From Alphaproteobacteria bacterium (lineage in GTDB: Bacteria > Pseudomonadota > Alphaproteobacteria > GCA-2731375), in contig CBDDPY010000002.1 of assembly GCA_965232515.1 (NCBI GenBank), positions 3,520,001 through 3,584,000 on the forward strand: 64,000 bases of DNA, read 5' to 3'. The notes under the pieces were generated by a model. That model was not told where the DNA came from. It saw only the letters and a list, made by a program, of their open reading frames with translations, and made no database searches. Position 1 is the first letter of the stretch. Each line of letters starts with the position of its first letter. The translations under genes and the position numbers were made by a program. Positions 10,471 through 20,609 of the stretch are shown piece after piece.

Positions 10471-13221
10471 ATGTCGGACCCTGTCGAAGAGCCCAGCCAG
10501 CGGATTGCGCCGCCGGACGCCCCCGCCCTGATCGTCGGGCCGCGCCAGGCGGTCTGGCTGAGCCCCGACGGCGAGGTCGAGGAGCTGGCGCCGCAGGCGG
10601 TTCCGGCGCGGCTGCAGCAGACGCCGCCGCTGGTCTGTCACGGGCGCGCCGTGGCGCGACGACTGGGCATCCCGCGCTTCCGCGCCTACGACCTGCTGGA
10701 GCTCTTCGCCTTCGCGTTGCCGGCGCGGTTCTGCCTGCCGACGCCAGGCGGACTGGCGGCCGCGCTCGGCCTGCCGCCGCCGGTCGGGCCGGAGCAGGCC
10801 GCGCTGACGCTGCTGCAGGCGTCCGAGCATCTGTTGCGCATGCTCGCCGCCGGCTTGCCAGATCAGGACAACGCGGCGGCCATCGCCGCCGCCATGCGAC
10901 AGGCCGGCTGGCTCTGGGGCGAGGCCGTCACCACGGCGCTGGGGCCGCCGCGCAAGAACGTCGGACCGTTCAACGGCCTCGATGTCTGGAACCGGTTGCC
11001 GACCTGGGAGGAACCCGCGCCGCCGACGCCGTCCGGCGATACGGCCGTGGGCGAAGACGAGGCCCGCGCGCGGCTCGCCGAGCTGCTGGACGAGAACGCC
11101 GAGCCGCGGCCGCAGCAATCCGACTATGCCGCCGCCACGGCCGCCGCCTTCGCGCCGCGCAACGTCGCCGGCGCGCCCAACATGGTGCTGGCCGAGGCCG
11201 GCACCGGCGTCGGCAAGACCTTGGGCTACATCGCGCCCGCGAGCCTGTGGGCCGAGCGCAACGACGGCACGGTCTGGATCTCGACCTATACCCGCAACCT
11301 GCAGCGCCAGGTCGATCAGGAACTGGACCGGCTGTACCCCTCGCCCACGGCCAAGACCGCCAAGACGGTCGTGCGCAAGGGCCGGGAGAACTATCTCTGC
11401 GTGCTGAACCTGGAGGACGCCGTCAAATCGGGCGGCGGCCGGCCGGCCGACACGGTCGCCGCCGGGCTGATGGCGCGCTGGACAGCGCACACCAGCGGCG
11501 GCGACATGACGGGCGGCGACTTTCCGTCCTGGCTCATCGGCCTGTTGGGGCAGAACCGCACGCTGGCGCTCGCCGACCATCGCGGCGAGTGCATCTATTC
11601 CGCCTGCCCGCACTACCGCAAATGCTTCATCGAGCGCGGCATCCGCAAGGCGCGCTCGGCCGACATCGTCATCGCCAATCACGCGCTGGTCATGGTGCAG
11701 GCGGTGCTGGGCGGCGAGGACCACCACCTGCCGCTGCGTTACGTCTTCGACGAGGGTCATCACGTCTTCGACGCCGCCGACAGCGCCTTCGGCGCGCATC
11801 TGAGCGGCAGCGAGAGCGCCGAGATGCGGCGCTGGCTGCTGGGCAGCGAGGCAGGCCGGCGCGGCAGCCGGGCGCGAGGGCTGGCGAGCCGGATCGGCGA
11901 TCTGGCGGCCGGCAGCGAAGCGGCCGAGAAGGCGCTCGACGAGGTGCAGCGGGCCGCCCGCGTGCTGCCGGCAGACGGCTGGCTGAAGCGCTTGGCCGAG
12001 GGTGCGCCGGTGGGGCCGACCGAAACCTTCCTTGACCATGTCCGCGCTCAGGTGCTGGCGCGGAGCGACAATCCGAACAGCCGCTATGACCTAGAATGCT
12101 CGACCGGCGAGCCGGTGCCGGGCCTGCTGGACGCGGCGGCAACGCTCGGCGAGGCACTCGCCCGCCTGGAACGGCCGATGACCGAACTGATGCAGCGTCT
12201 CGCCGCGCGCCTGGACGAGGAGGCCGACGAACTCGATACGCCGACGCGCGTGCGCATCGAGGCCGGCGTGCGCGGCCTGAAGCGCCGGGCCGAGATGGTC
12301 GTCGGCGCCTGGCGGCAGATGCTGCGCCAGCTCGGCGGCGAAACGCCGGCGGCCTTCGTCGACTGGTTCGGCGTCAGCCGCAGCGACGGCCGCGAAACCG
12401 ATATCGGCATGTATCGCCACTGGGTCGATCCGACGATTCCCTTCGCCGGCGAGCTGTTGAGCCGCGCCCATGGCGTGCTGGTGACGTCGGCGACGCTGCG
12501 CGACAATCCGCCCGACGCCCCCGACGACTGGACGTCGGCCGAGGTCCGCACCGGCGCGCTGCACCTGCCGCTGCCGGCGCAACGCGCGAGCCTCGCCTCC
12601 CCGTTCGACTATGCCGGCCAAACGCGCGTCTTCATTGTCAACGACGTGCAGCGCAACGACGCCGACCAGGTGGCCGCCGCCTATCGCGAGCTGTTCAAGG
12701 CGGCGGGCGGCGGCGCTATCGGTCTGTTCACCGCGATCCAGCGCCTGCGCGCCGTCCACGACCGCATCGCCGAGCCGCTGGACGCGGCCGGCATCCCGCT
12801 CTTGGCGCAGCATGTCGACGCCATGGACACCGGCACGCTGGTCGACATTTTCCGGGCCGAGACGGATTCCTGCCTGTTGGGCACCGATGCCGTGCGCGAC
12901 GGCGTCGACGTGCCGGGACGGTCGTTGCGGCTGATCGTCTTCGACCGGGTGCCCTGGCCCCGACCCGACCTGCTGCACCGGGCCCGCAAGGCGGCCTTCG
13001 GCGGCAGCGCTTATGACGACATGATCACGCGCCTACGGCTGAAGCAGGCTTATGGCCGGTTGCTGCGGCGGGCCGACGATACCGGGGTTTTTGTCATGCT
13101 GGACGCGCGGACGCCGACCCGACTAACGACGGCCTTCCCGGACGGCGTCGAGGTCAACCGGGTGGGCCTGGCCGACGCCATCGCTGAAACGGCAGCGTTC
13201 CTCGGCGGCGAGACCGCTTAA
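10471..13221 (+). CDS. dinG: DinG-family ATP-dependent DNA helicase
   Basis: EAGTGVGKT Walker A, KGRENYLC, Cys cluster ECIYSACPHYRKC, FDEGH and QAYGRLLRR. The ORF-track extension upstream of 10471 is antisense to lysS. Confidence 0.92.
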   Translation: MSDPVEEPSQRIAPPDAPALIVGPRQAVWLSPDGEVEELAPQAVPARLQQTPPLVCHGRAVARRLGIPRFRAYDLLELFAFALPARFCLPTPGGLAAALGLPPPVGPEQAALTLLQASEHLLRMLAAGLPDQDNAAAIAAAMRQAGWLWGEAVTTALGPPRKNVGPFNGLDVWNRLPTWEEPAPPTPSGDTAVGEDEARARLAELLDENAEPRPQQSDYAAATAAAFAPRNVAGAPNMVLAEAGTGVGKTLGYIAPASLWAERNDGTVWISTYTRNLQRQVDQELDRLYPSPTAKTAKTVVRKGRENYLCVLNLEDAVKSGGGRPADTVAAGLMARWTAHTSGGDMTGGDFPSWLIGLLGQNRTLALADHRGECIYSACPHYRKCFIERGIRKARSADIVIANHALVMVQAVLGGEDHHLPLRYVFDEGHHVFDAADSAFGAHLSGSESAEMRRWLLGSEAGRRGSRARGLASRIGDLAAGSEAAEKALDEVQRAARVLPADGWLKRLAEGAPVGPTETFLDHVRAQVLARSDNPNSRYDLECSTGEPVPGLLDAAATLGEALARLERPMTELMQRLAARLDEEADELDTPTRVRIEAGVRGLKRRAEMVVGAWRQMLRQLGGETPAAFVDWFGVSRSDGRETDIGMYRHWVDPTIPFAGELLSRAHGVLVTSATLRDNPPDAPDDWTSAEVRTGALHLPLPAQRASLASPFDYAGQTRVFIVNDVQRNDADQVAAAYRELFKAAGGGAIGLFTAIQRLRAVHDRIAEPLDAAGIPLLAQHVDAMDTGTLVDIFRAETDSCLLGTDAVRDGVDVPGRSLRLIVFDRVPWPRPDLLHRARKAAFGGSAYDDMITRLRLKQAYGRLLRRADDTGVFVMLDARTPTRLTTAFPDGVEVNRVGLADAIAETAAFLGGETA

Positions 13222-13288
13222 GCGATAACCCTTGTCGCGGGCGCGCGACGTTCATATGTTGCGGCCAGATTTCGTTCAGGAGAGCCTT

Positions 13289-13705
13289 ATGAGCGACGAC
13301 TTATTGAGTCCGCATGCCGCCCTCATCCACGTCATGGTGCTGATGGCGGCGGCGGACAGCGACATGACCGACCGCGAGCTGAAGCGGATCGGCGATATGG
13401 TACAGAATCTGCCTGTTTTCAGCGATTTCGACGCGAAAGAACTGGTGGAAATCGCCGAGGAATGCGCCGAGCGTCTGTCCAAGGACGGCGGCCTCGACGG
13501 CGTGCTGGATCTGATCACCGGCTCACTGCCGGCGAAGCTGAGCGAGACCGCCTACGCGCTGGGCTGCGAGATCGCCGCGGCCGACCTGCATGTCGAGCAG
13601 GAAGAAATGCGCCTGCTGCAGATGCTCCGCGAACGGCTCGACATCGACCGCCTCGCCGCCGCCGCCATCGAACGCGCCGTCCGCGCCCGCCACATGACCC
13701 TCTAA
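13289..13705 (+). CDS. TerB-family (tellurite resistance-like) protein
   Basis: MAAADSDMTDREL and EIAAADLHVEQEE acidic motifs; AGGAGA RBS. Confidence 0.85.
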   Translation: MSDDLLSPHAALIHVMVLMAAADSDMTDRELKRIGDMVQNLPVFSDFDAKELVEIAEECAERLSKDGGLDGVLDLITGSLPAKLSETAYALGCEIAAADLHVEQEEMRLLQMLRERLDIDRLAAAAIERAVRARHMTL

Positions 13706-13717
13706 GCGTTCCCGTCC

Positions 13718-14335
13718 CTACAATCGATCCAGGAAATCGGCGACGGCTGCGATGCCGTCGGCCCAGTTCTCGGCCTCGGTACGGCCGGAGGCCTTGCGGG
13801 GCTTGAGGTCGTGGTTGCCGTCGGGCAGCCATTCAAGGGTTATTGACGGCGCCAGCGCGTAGCCGGCGACATCCGCCTTCGTGCCCATGGGATCGCGCTC
13901 GCCCTGTGCGATCAGGCACGGCGTCGTCAGCGCTTCCAGATGCGCGGTGCGGGTCTTTTCCGGCTTGCCCGGCGGATGGAAGGGATAACCGAGGCAGACC
14001 AGGCCGCGCACGCCGGCCTCGTCGGCGATCAGGCTCGCCATACGGCCGCCCATGGACTTGCCGCCGATGACGAGATTTTCAGAGCCCAGCGTCGCGATCA
14101 CCTGACGCCAGGCGTCGAGCAGCACCGGCTGCCGGTCCGGCGGCCGTTTGCGGCCGGATTCGCGCCGTTGGGTCATGTAGGGAAATTCGAAACGCGCCAC
14201 CCGATGGCCGCGCGCGCCGATGCCGGCGGCGAAGGCGTCCATGAACGGGCTGTCCATCGGCGCGCCGGCGCCGTGGGCCAACGCCAGCGTCAGACGCGCA
14301 TCCGCCGGGCCGTCGAAGATCATCTGCGCAAGCAT
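13718..14335 (-). CDS. Alpha/beta hydrolase (KANL3/Tex30-like)
   Basis: LAHGAGAPMDS, GGKSMGGR nucleophile elbow, QGERD and GNHDL. Confidence 0.9.
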   Translation of the reverse strand: MLAQMIFDGPADARLTLALAHGAGAPMDSPFMDAFAAGIGARGHRVARFEFPYMTQRRESGRKRPPDRQPVLLDAWRQVIATLGSENLVIGGKSMGGRMASLIADEAGVRGLVCLGYPFHPPGKPEKTRTAHLEALTTPCLIAQGERDPMGTKADVAGYALAPSITLEWLPDGNHDLKPRKASGRTEAENWADGIAAVADFLDRL

Positions 14336-14429
14336 GTCGCCGCATCCCTACCCTTCATTATTCGCACGTGCAACGCCGGCGGCTTTGTGCAGGATAGCCG
14401 GCAAAATATATGAGTTCGGAGGGGTGTCG

Positions 14430-16133
14430 ATGGCGGGTAACGGCCATGTCGAGTGCGATGTTCTGGTGGTGGGGTCAGGCGCCGGCGGGTTCGCGGCGGC
14501 GCTGACCGCGGCGCATCACGGCGCCGATGTGATCCTGACCGAAAAGGCGCCGGAATTCGGCGGCACCACGGCCTATTCGGCCGGCGTGATCTGGATTCCC
14601 TGCACCAGCCATGCACAGCGGGCCGGCATCGCCGACAGTCCCGAAGACGCGCTGACGTATCTGCAGAACGAGGTCGGCAACCGGCTCGACCGCGACAAGG
14701 CCGAGGCGTTTGTCGAGCACGGGCCGCGCATGCTGGATTTCTTCGAGAGCCACAGCCACGTGCGCTACACGCTGATGGACAACTGGGCCGACTATCACCC
14801 GGACCTGCCGGGCGGCGCCAATGGCGGCCGGTCGCTGCTGCCCGACCAGTTCGACGGCCGCCTGCTGGGCGAGCGGTTCCGGCAATTGCGGGCGCCGCTC
14901 AGGACGATGATGATCATGGGCGGCATGATGGTGGGCCGCGACGACCTGCCGCATCTCCTGAACATGACGCGCTCGGCCCGCTCTGCGGCCTATGTGGCGC
15001 GGATCATGGCGCGGCACGCCATGGACCGCTTGCGATTTCCGCGCGGCACCCGGATCGCCAACGGCAACGCGCTGATCGCCCGCATGGCGCTGACGGCCTT
15101 CGAGCAAGACCTGCCGCTGTGGCTGTCGTCGCCGCTGACGCGCCTGCTGACGGAGGACGGCAAGGTCGTCGGCGCCATCGTCGACCGCGACGGCGTCGAG
15201 ACCGAAGTGCGCACGCGTCAGGGCGTGGTGCTCGCCGCCGGCGGCTTCCCGCAAAGCGCCGAGATGAAGGCGCAGCACTACGACCATGTCCGGGCGGGCA
15301 AGAACCACACCTCGCTGCCGCCCGACTCCAATGCCGGCGACGGCGTGCGGCTGGCGCAAGCCGCGGGCGCCGGCTTCGCCAACGACGCGGCGCATCCGGC
15401 TGCCTGGACGCCCGTCTCGCTGGTGCCGCAGCCGGACGGCGGCACGGCGCCGTTCCCGCATTTCGTCGACCGCGGCAAGCCGGGCGTCATCGCCGTCGAC
15501 CGCCACGGCAAGCGCTTCGCCAACGAGGCCGATTCGTACCACGACTTCGTGCCGGGTATGTTCGAGGCCTGCCGCGACGACGACAAGATCGAGGCCTATC
15601 TGATCACCGACCACCGGGCGATCCGCCGCTATGGCCTGGGCGCGGCGCCGCCGGCCCCTGGCCGGCTGGGGCCGCATCTGCGCTCGGGCTATGTGCAGCG
15701 AGGACAGACGCTCGCCGAGCTGGCATCGAAGCTGGGCGTCGACGGCGGCGGCCTGACCGCCACCGTCGAGCGCTTCAACGGCCCGGCGGCGCGGGGCGAG
15801 GACCCGGAGTTCCACAAGGGCAACAACGCCTACAACCATTTCAACGGCGATCCGAAGCACGGCCCCAACCCCTGCGTCGCACCGCTGGAGACACCGCCCT
15901 TCTACGGACTGCGCATGGTGCCGGGCGAGCTCGGCACCTTCACGGGCCTGCGCACCAACCGGTACGCCCAGGTGCTGAACGATGACGGCGCGCCGATCCC
16001 CGGGCTTTATGCGGCCGGCAACGACATGGCGAGCGTCATGGGCGGCACCTATCCCGGCGCCGGCATCACCATCGGCCCGGCTATGACCTTCGGCTATATC
16101 GCCGGCTGCCACATTACGGGCGCGGATACGTGA
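14430..16133 (+). CDS. FAD-dependent oxidoreductase (3-ketosteroid dehydrogenase/fumarate reductase flavoprotein family)
   Basis: VVGSGAGG, GGTTAYSAG, RFANEA, GLYAAGN and YPGAGITIGPAMTFG motifs. Confidence 0.9.
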   Translation: MAGNGHVECDVLVVGSGAGGFAAALTAAHHGADVILTEKAPEFGGTTAYSAGVIWIPCTSHAQRAGIADSPEDALTYLQNEVGNRLDRDKAEAFVEHGPRMLDFFESHSHVRYTLMDNWADYHPDLPGGANGGRSLLPDQFDGRLLGERFRQLRAPLRTMMIMGGMMVGRDDLPHLLNMTRSARSAAYVARIMARHAMDRLRFPRGTRIANGNALIARMALTAFEQDLPLWLSSPLTRLLTEDGKVVGAIVDRDGVETEVRTRQGVVLAAGGFPQSAEMKAQHYDHVRAGKNHTSLPPDSNAGDGVRLAQAAGAGFANDAAHPAAWTPVSLVPQPDGGTAPFPHFVDRGKPGVIAVDRHGKRFANEADSYHDFVPGMFEACRDDDKIEAYLITDHRAIRRYGLGAAPPAPGRLGPHLRSGYVQRGQTLAELASKLGVDGGGLTATVERFNGPAARGEDPEFHKGNNAYNHFNGDPKHGPNPCVAPLETPPFYGLRMVPGELGTFTGLRTNRYAQVLNDDGAPIPGLYAAGNDMASVMGGTYPGAGITIGPAMTFGYIAGCHITGADT

Positions 16134-16145
16134 TCGTGCGCCGTG

Positions 16146-16237
16146 GCCCTGGATTGCCGGGTCAAGCCCGGCAATGACGAATTTGTCGTAATTTCAATAC
16201 CTTGACCGTCATGCCCGGACTTGATCCGGTCATCCAG
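16146..16237. repeat. REP-like composite palindrome, family 1 copy B
   Basis: GCCCTGGATTGCCGGGTCAAGCCCGGCAATGACG...CGTCATGCCCGGACTTGATCCGGTCATCCAG. Confidence 0.9.
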
Positions 16238-16308
16238 GCATGTGAAATCCGGCATCGCCGATCGGCCATTGGCGTGCCGACCCGCTGTCTGTGCTATAGG
16301 CTTGGATT

Positions 16309-17397
16309 ATGGAACCGCCAAACGAATTGTTGCCGGTCTCGGTGATCACCGGCTTTCTGGGCAGCGGCAAGACGACGCTGCTGAACCGGCTGCTACAGCA
16401 TGCCGACATGGCCGATACGGCCGTGGTGATCAACGAATTCGGCGAGATCGGCATCGACAACGCGCTGGTTGAGCAGTCGGACGACGACGTCGTGCTGATG
16501 AGCAGCGGCTGCCTCTGCTGCACGATCCGCGGCGAGCTGGTCGACACCTTGCGCAATCTCTATATCCGCCGGGCCAAGAACGAGGTGCCGGAATTCCGCC
16601 GGCTGGTGATCGAGACCACGGGGCTCGCCGATCCGGCGCCGATCCTGCACACGCTGATGGCGGATCCGTTCCTGGTCATGCGCTATCGTCTGGACGGGGT
16701 GATTACGACGGTCGACGCCGTGAATGGCGACGCCACGCTCGACAATCACGCCGAGTCGGTAAAGCAGGCCGCCGTCGCCGACCGCGTGCTGATCACCAAG
16801 TCGGACCTGGCGGACGACGACGATATGGCGGCGTTGAGCGACCGGCTGCGGCAGCTCAACCCGGCGGTCAGCGTGCGCCGGATCCAACATGGCGAGATCG
16901 ACCCGGCTGATCTGTTCAACGCCGGCCTCTACAACCCCGAGACAAAGAGCCTCGACGTGCAGCGCTGGCTGAAGGACGAAGCCTATGGCGAGGGTCATGC
17001 GCACGATCACGACGATGACCATGGGCACGACCACGCACACGGCCACAACGACGTCAACCGGCACGACGACAGCATCCGCGCCTTCTGCATGTATTTCGAC
17101 GAGCCGCTGTCCTGGCAGGCGCTGGCCACCTGGATGGAGCTGCTGGCGACCTATCGCGGCGACGACCTGCTGCGGGTGAAGGGTATTCTGAATCTGTTCG
17201 AGACGGACAAGCCGGTGGTGATCCACGGCGTCCAGCATCTGTTTCATCCGCCGGTGACGCTCGAAGCCTGGCCGGGCGAGGATCGGCGCAGCCGTATCGT
17301 CTTCATCACGCGGAATTTACCGCGGGAGACGGTCGAGGATATGCTGAGCGCATTGACCGATCCGCCCGGTAGTGGTGGCATCAAGGTTCACACCTGA
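16309..17397 (+). CDS. COG0523/CobW-family GTPase metallochaperone
   Basis: GFLGSGKTT, NEFGE, GCLCC, ETTGLADP, a His-rich linker and LRVKG. Confidence 0.93.
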   Translation: MEPPNELLPVSVITGFLGSGKTTLLNRLLQHADMADTAVVINEFGEIGIDNALVEQSDDDVVLMSSGCLCCTIRGELVDTLRNLYIRRAKNEVPEFRRLVIETTGLADPAPILHTLMADPFLVMRYRLDGVITTVDAVNGDATLDNHAESVKQAAVADRVLITKSDLADDDDMAALSDRLRQLNPAVSVRRIQHGEIDPADLFNAGLYNPETKSLDVQRWLKDEAYGEGHAHDHDDDHGHDHAHGHNDVNRHDDSIRAFCMYFDEPLSWQALATWMELLATYRGDDLLRVKGILNLFETDKPVVIHGVQHLFHPPVTLEAWPGEDRRSRIVFITRNLPRETVEDMLSALTDPPGSGGIKVHT

Positions 17398-17432
17398 TTT
17401 TTTTGGGGATTTCGATAGGGGGCTTGTGGGAC

Positions 17433-19004
17433 ATGTACACAAGAATGATGGCGGCTGCGCTGGCGCTGGGACTTCTGGCGGGCGGCGCGCAGGCCGAAAG
17501 CTTCCGCTGGTCGTCGAAGGGCGACGCGGCGACGCTCGATCCGCACGGCCTGGCCGAGGGCCTGACGCTCGGCTTCCTGGGCAACGTCTATGAGGGCCTG
17601 CTGCGGCGGGGCAAGGATCTGGCGCTGGAACCGGCCCTGGCGACGAGCTGGGAATCGGCCGGCGCCGACGTCTGGCGCTTCAAGCTGCGCAGCGGGGTCA
17701 AGTTCCACGACGGACGGCCGTTCACCGCCGAGGATGTGAAGTTCTCGTTCGAGCGGGCCAGCGCCGAGGGCTCGGGCATCCGCTCGATGGTCGGCTCGAT
17801 CCGCGAGGTGAAGGTGGTCGACGATCTGACCGTGGATGTCGTCACCAACGGACCGGCGCCGATCCTGCCTGAAGAAATCTCGAACTGGCTGATCATGTCG
17901 GCGAGCTGGGCGGCGGAGAACAAGGCGACGGACGCCGCGAGCGTACGGCGCGACGTGCAGAACCACGCCACCACGAATGCCAACGGCACGGGCCCGTTCC
18001 GCATCACCTCGCGCGAGCAGGACGTGCGCACCGAGCTGGCGCCCAACGGCGCCTGGTGGGACACGCCCGAGCACAACCTGACCAAGGCCACGGTGTCGCC
18101 GATCATGGCGGATGCCACGCGCATCGCCTCGCTGCTGTCGAGCGAAAGCGACATGGTCTATCCGGTGCCCGTGCAGGATATGGACCGCATCGTCAAAACC
18201 GACGGCGTGAAGCTGCTGAGCGGACCGGAGCTGCGGACGATCTTCCTCGGCATGGATATCAGCCGCGACGAGCTGATCTATTCCAACATCAAGGGCAAGA
18301 ACCCGCTGAAGGACGTGCGCGTGCGCAAGGCGCTCTATCAGGCGATCGACGTCGGCGCCATCAACAAGAAACTGATGCGCGGCCAGGCGACGCCGACCGG
18401 CCTGATGATCGGCCCCGGGATCAACGGCTTCGATCCGGCGCTGAACGACCGCTACGCCTACGACCCGGCGGCCGCGAAGGACGGTCTCGCCGCGGCCGGT
18501 TACGGCGACGGCTTCGAGCTGGGCCTGGACTGCCCGAACAATCGCTATGTGAACGACGAGTCCATCTGCAAGGCCGTGGTCTCGATGCTGGCCAAGGTCG
18601 GCGTCAAGGTCCAGCTCAACGCCATGCCGAAGGCGCAGTACTTCAAGAAGCTGCGCGAGCTCGACACCAGCTTCTATCTGCTCGGATGGACCTCGGGCAC
18701 CTACGACGCCCACCATCCGTTGCGCTTCCTGATGTCGACGCCGAACAAGGAAAAGCGGCTGGGCTCGTGGAACTTCGGTGGCTACTCCGACGCCCGCACC
18801 GATGAGCTGGTGGCGGCCATCGGCCGCGAGCTGGATCCCGCGCGGCGGCAGGAAATGATCAACGAGGCCTTCACGATCCACAAGCAGGCCGTCGGCCATA
18901 TCCCGCTGCATCAGCAGTCGCTGGCCTGGGGCGTGAAGGAAAACGTCGACCTGGTGCAACGGGCCGACAACTTCTTCAACCTGCGCTGGGTGGTTGTGAA
19001 TTAG
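17433..19004 (+). CDS. ABC transporter substrate-binding protein, family 5 (DppA/OppA-like), with no adjacent permease
   Basis: Signal peptide; LEPALATSW, FHDGRPFTAEDVKFS and NGTGPF motifs. Confidence 0.93.
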   Translation: MYTRMMAAALALGLLAGGAQAESFRWSSKGDAATLDPHGLAEGLTLGFLGNVYEGLLRRGKDLALEPALATSWESAGADVWRFKLRSGVKFHDGRPFTAEDVKFSFERASAEGSGIRSMVGSIREVKVVDDLTVDVVTNGPAPILPEEISNWLIMSASWAAENKATDAASVRRDVQNHATTNANGTGPFRITSREQDVRTELAPNGAWWDTPEHNLTKATVSPIMADATRIASLLSSESDMVYPVPVQDMDRIVKTDGVKLLSGPELRTIFLGMDISRDELIYSNIKGKNPLKDVRVRKALYQAIDVGAINKKLMRGQATPTGLMIGPGINGFDPALNDRYAYDPAAAKDGLAAAGYGDGFELGLDCPNNRYVNDESICKAVVSMLAKVGVKVQLNAMPKAQYFKKLRELDTSFYLLGWTSGTYDAHHPLRFLMSTPNKEKRLGSWNFGGYSDARTDELVAAIGRELDPARRQEMINEAFTIHKQAVGHIPLHQQSLAWGVKENVDLVQRADNFFNLRWVVVN

Positions 19005-19188
19005 CTCGCAATGTCACCGCGCCGCAACCACCTAGGTTTAAGGGTGAACGCGGCGTCGAACGGATGTAGCGTATGTTAGCGACGGCTCACATGCGGGCCG
19101 GCGCTCTCAGGTATCGACATCAGCGTTTCCCCGGCCTGGCGCCGGGTATCGGGCATGAAATCGACAGCAGAATAGAGGGAGAGGACGT

Positions 19189-19851
19189 ATGACACTCCGT
19201 ATCGGCAGTGAAGCCCCCAACTTCAGCGCGGAGACCACGGAAGGCACGATCGACTTCCACAACTGGATCGGCGACGGCTGGGCCATCCTGTTCTCGCATC
19301 CCAAGGACTTCACGCCGGTCTGCACGACCGAGCTTGGCTACATGGCCGGGCTGAAGTCCGAGTTCGACAAGCGCAACTGCAAGATCCTCGGGCTCAGCGT
19401 CGACCCCGTCGACAACCACAAGGAATGGTCGAAGGACATCGAGGAGACACAGGGGCACGCCGTCAACTATCCGATGATCGGCGATCCCGAGCTGAAGGTG
19501 GCGAAGCTCTACGACATGCTGCCGGAAGGCGCCGGCGAGACGTCGGAAGGCCGCACCGCGGTCGACAACGCCACCGTACGCACGGTGTTCCTGATCGGCC
19601 CGGACAAGCAGATCAAGATGCAGCTCACTTATCCGATGAGCACCGGCCGGAACTTCGACGAGGTGCTGCGCGTCCTGGATTCCTGCCAGCTGACGGCCAA
19701 GCACAAGGTGGCGACGCCGGTGAACTGGAAGCAGGGCGAGAACGTGATCATCGTGCCCGCCGTCTCCGACGAGGAGGCCAAGGAGAAGTTCCCGGGCGGC
19801 TGGGAAGCGCCGAAGCCGTATCTGCGCATCGTCCCGCAGCCGCGCGACTGA
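19189..19851 (+). CDS. 1-Cys peroxiredoxin (Prx6 family)
   Basis: FSHPKDFTPVCTTELG, YPMSTGRNFDE and ATPVNW motifs; strong RBS. Confidence 0.95.
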   Translation: MTLRIGSEAPNFSAETTEGTIDFHNWIGDGWAILFSHPKDFTPVCTTELGYMAGLKSEFDKRNCKILGLSVDPVDNHKEWSKDIEETQGHAVNYPMIGDPELKVAKLYDMLPEGAGETSEGRTAVDNATVRTVFLIGPDKQIKMQLTYPMSTGRNFDEVLRVLDSCQLTAKHKVATPVNWKQGENVIIVPAVSDEEAKEKFPGGWEAPKPYLRIVPQPRD

Positions 19852-19879
19852 TACGTCAGGTCGTTACCAACGACTGATG

Positions 19880-19991
19880 GCGCATGCTTCGAGACGGCCC
19901 CTGCGGGGCCTCCTCAGCATGAGGCTGGAGCTGGATATCGGGTTCTGACCTCACCCTGAGGAGCGGCAACGCCGCGTCTCGAAGGGTGCGC
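19880..19991. repeat. REP-like composite palindrome, family 2
   Basis: GCATGCTTCGAGACG-hairpin-CTCCTCAGCATGAGG...CCTCACCCTGAGGAG-hairpin-CGTCTCGAAGGGTGC between convergent genes. Confidence 0.85.
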
Positions 19992-19993
19992 CT

Positions 19994-20596
19994 TTAGACC
20001 GCGTCGGGGCCGAGGAGCGCGATGCGCATCCGATCCTTGAGGTGCGCGCCGTCCTTCGGCGGCATGACAAAATCTTCCATCTCGGCCCGGATCTTGACGT
20101 TGTAGAAGACCGGGCCCGCGGCCTCGCGGATCACCGGGATCGCGGCTTCGAACTCGGCCTCGTCCGCCGCCCGGCCGACGACCGGGAATCCGGCGGCCGC
20201 GGCCATGCCGGCCAGATCCACATCGCCGGCGGTGTGCGTCGTCTGCATGCCGGTCTCGCCGTAACGCTCGTTGTCCTGCACGACGATCGCCAGGTTGGCC
20301 GGCCGTTGCGCCGCGATGGTGGCGAGCGAGCCCACGCCCATCAGCATGTCGCCGTCGCCAGTCAGCACCAACACGCGCCGTGTCGGTTGCGCCAGGGCCA
20401 GGCCGAGACCGATTGCCGCGGCGCCGCCCATGGCGCCCCAGAGCGGGAAGTTCAGCGGCGTGTCGCCGGCCGCCGTGATGTCCCAGGCCGGCGCGCCAAG
20501 GCCGCCGACCACCAACATGTCGCCACGGTCGGCCAGCAGGCGGGCGGCGACATCCCGGCGGCGCAGGGGATAGTTCTCGGCCCGGTTCCGATCCAT
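19994..20596 (-). CDS. comE: Sulfopyruvate/phosphonopyruvate decarboxylase beta subunit (ThDP-binding)
   Basis: GAMGG and GDGDMLM...DN ThDP-binding motif; adjacent to the alpha subunit. Confidence 0.8.
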   Translation of the reverse strand: MDRNRAENYPLRRRDVAARLLADRGDMLVVGGLGAPAWDITAAGDTPLNFPLWGAMGGAAAIGLGLALAQPTRRVLVLTGDGDMLMGVGSLATIAAQRPANLAIVVQDNERYGETGMQTTHTAGDVDLAGMAAAAGFPVVGRAADEAEFEAAIPVIREAAGPVFYNVKIRAEMEDFVMPPKDGAHLKDRMRIALLGPDAV

Positions 20597-20609
20597 CGCG
20601 TTGCCCGCC

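Noticed and set aside
10471-13705. DinG plus TerB as an anti-phage defence module
   Set aside because: Sits beside lysS with host-like composition and no other defence genes; looks like core gene order.
19015-19180. Glycine riboswitch-like CTCTCAGG upstream of the peroxiredoxin
   Set aside because: No GGAGA or CCGAAG aptamer elements; the downstream gene is not glycine-related.
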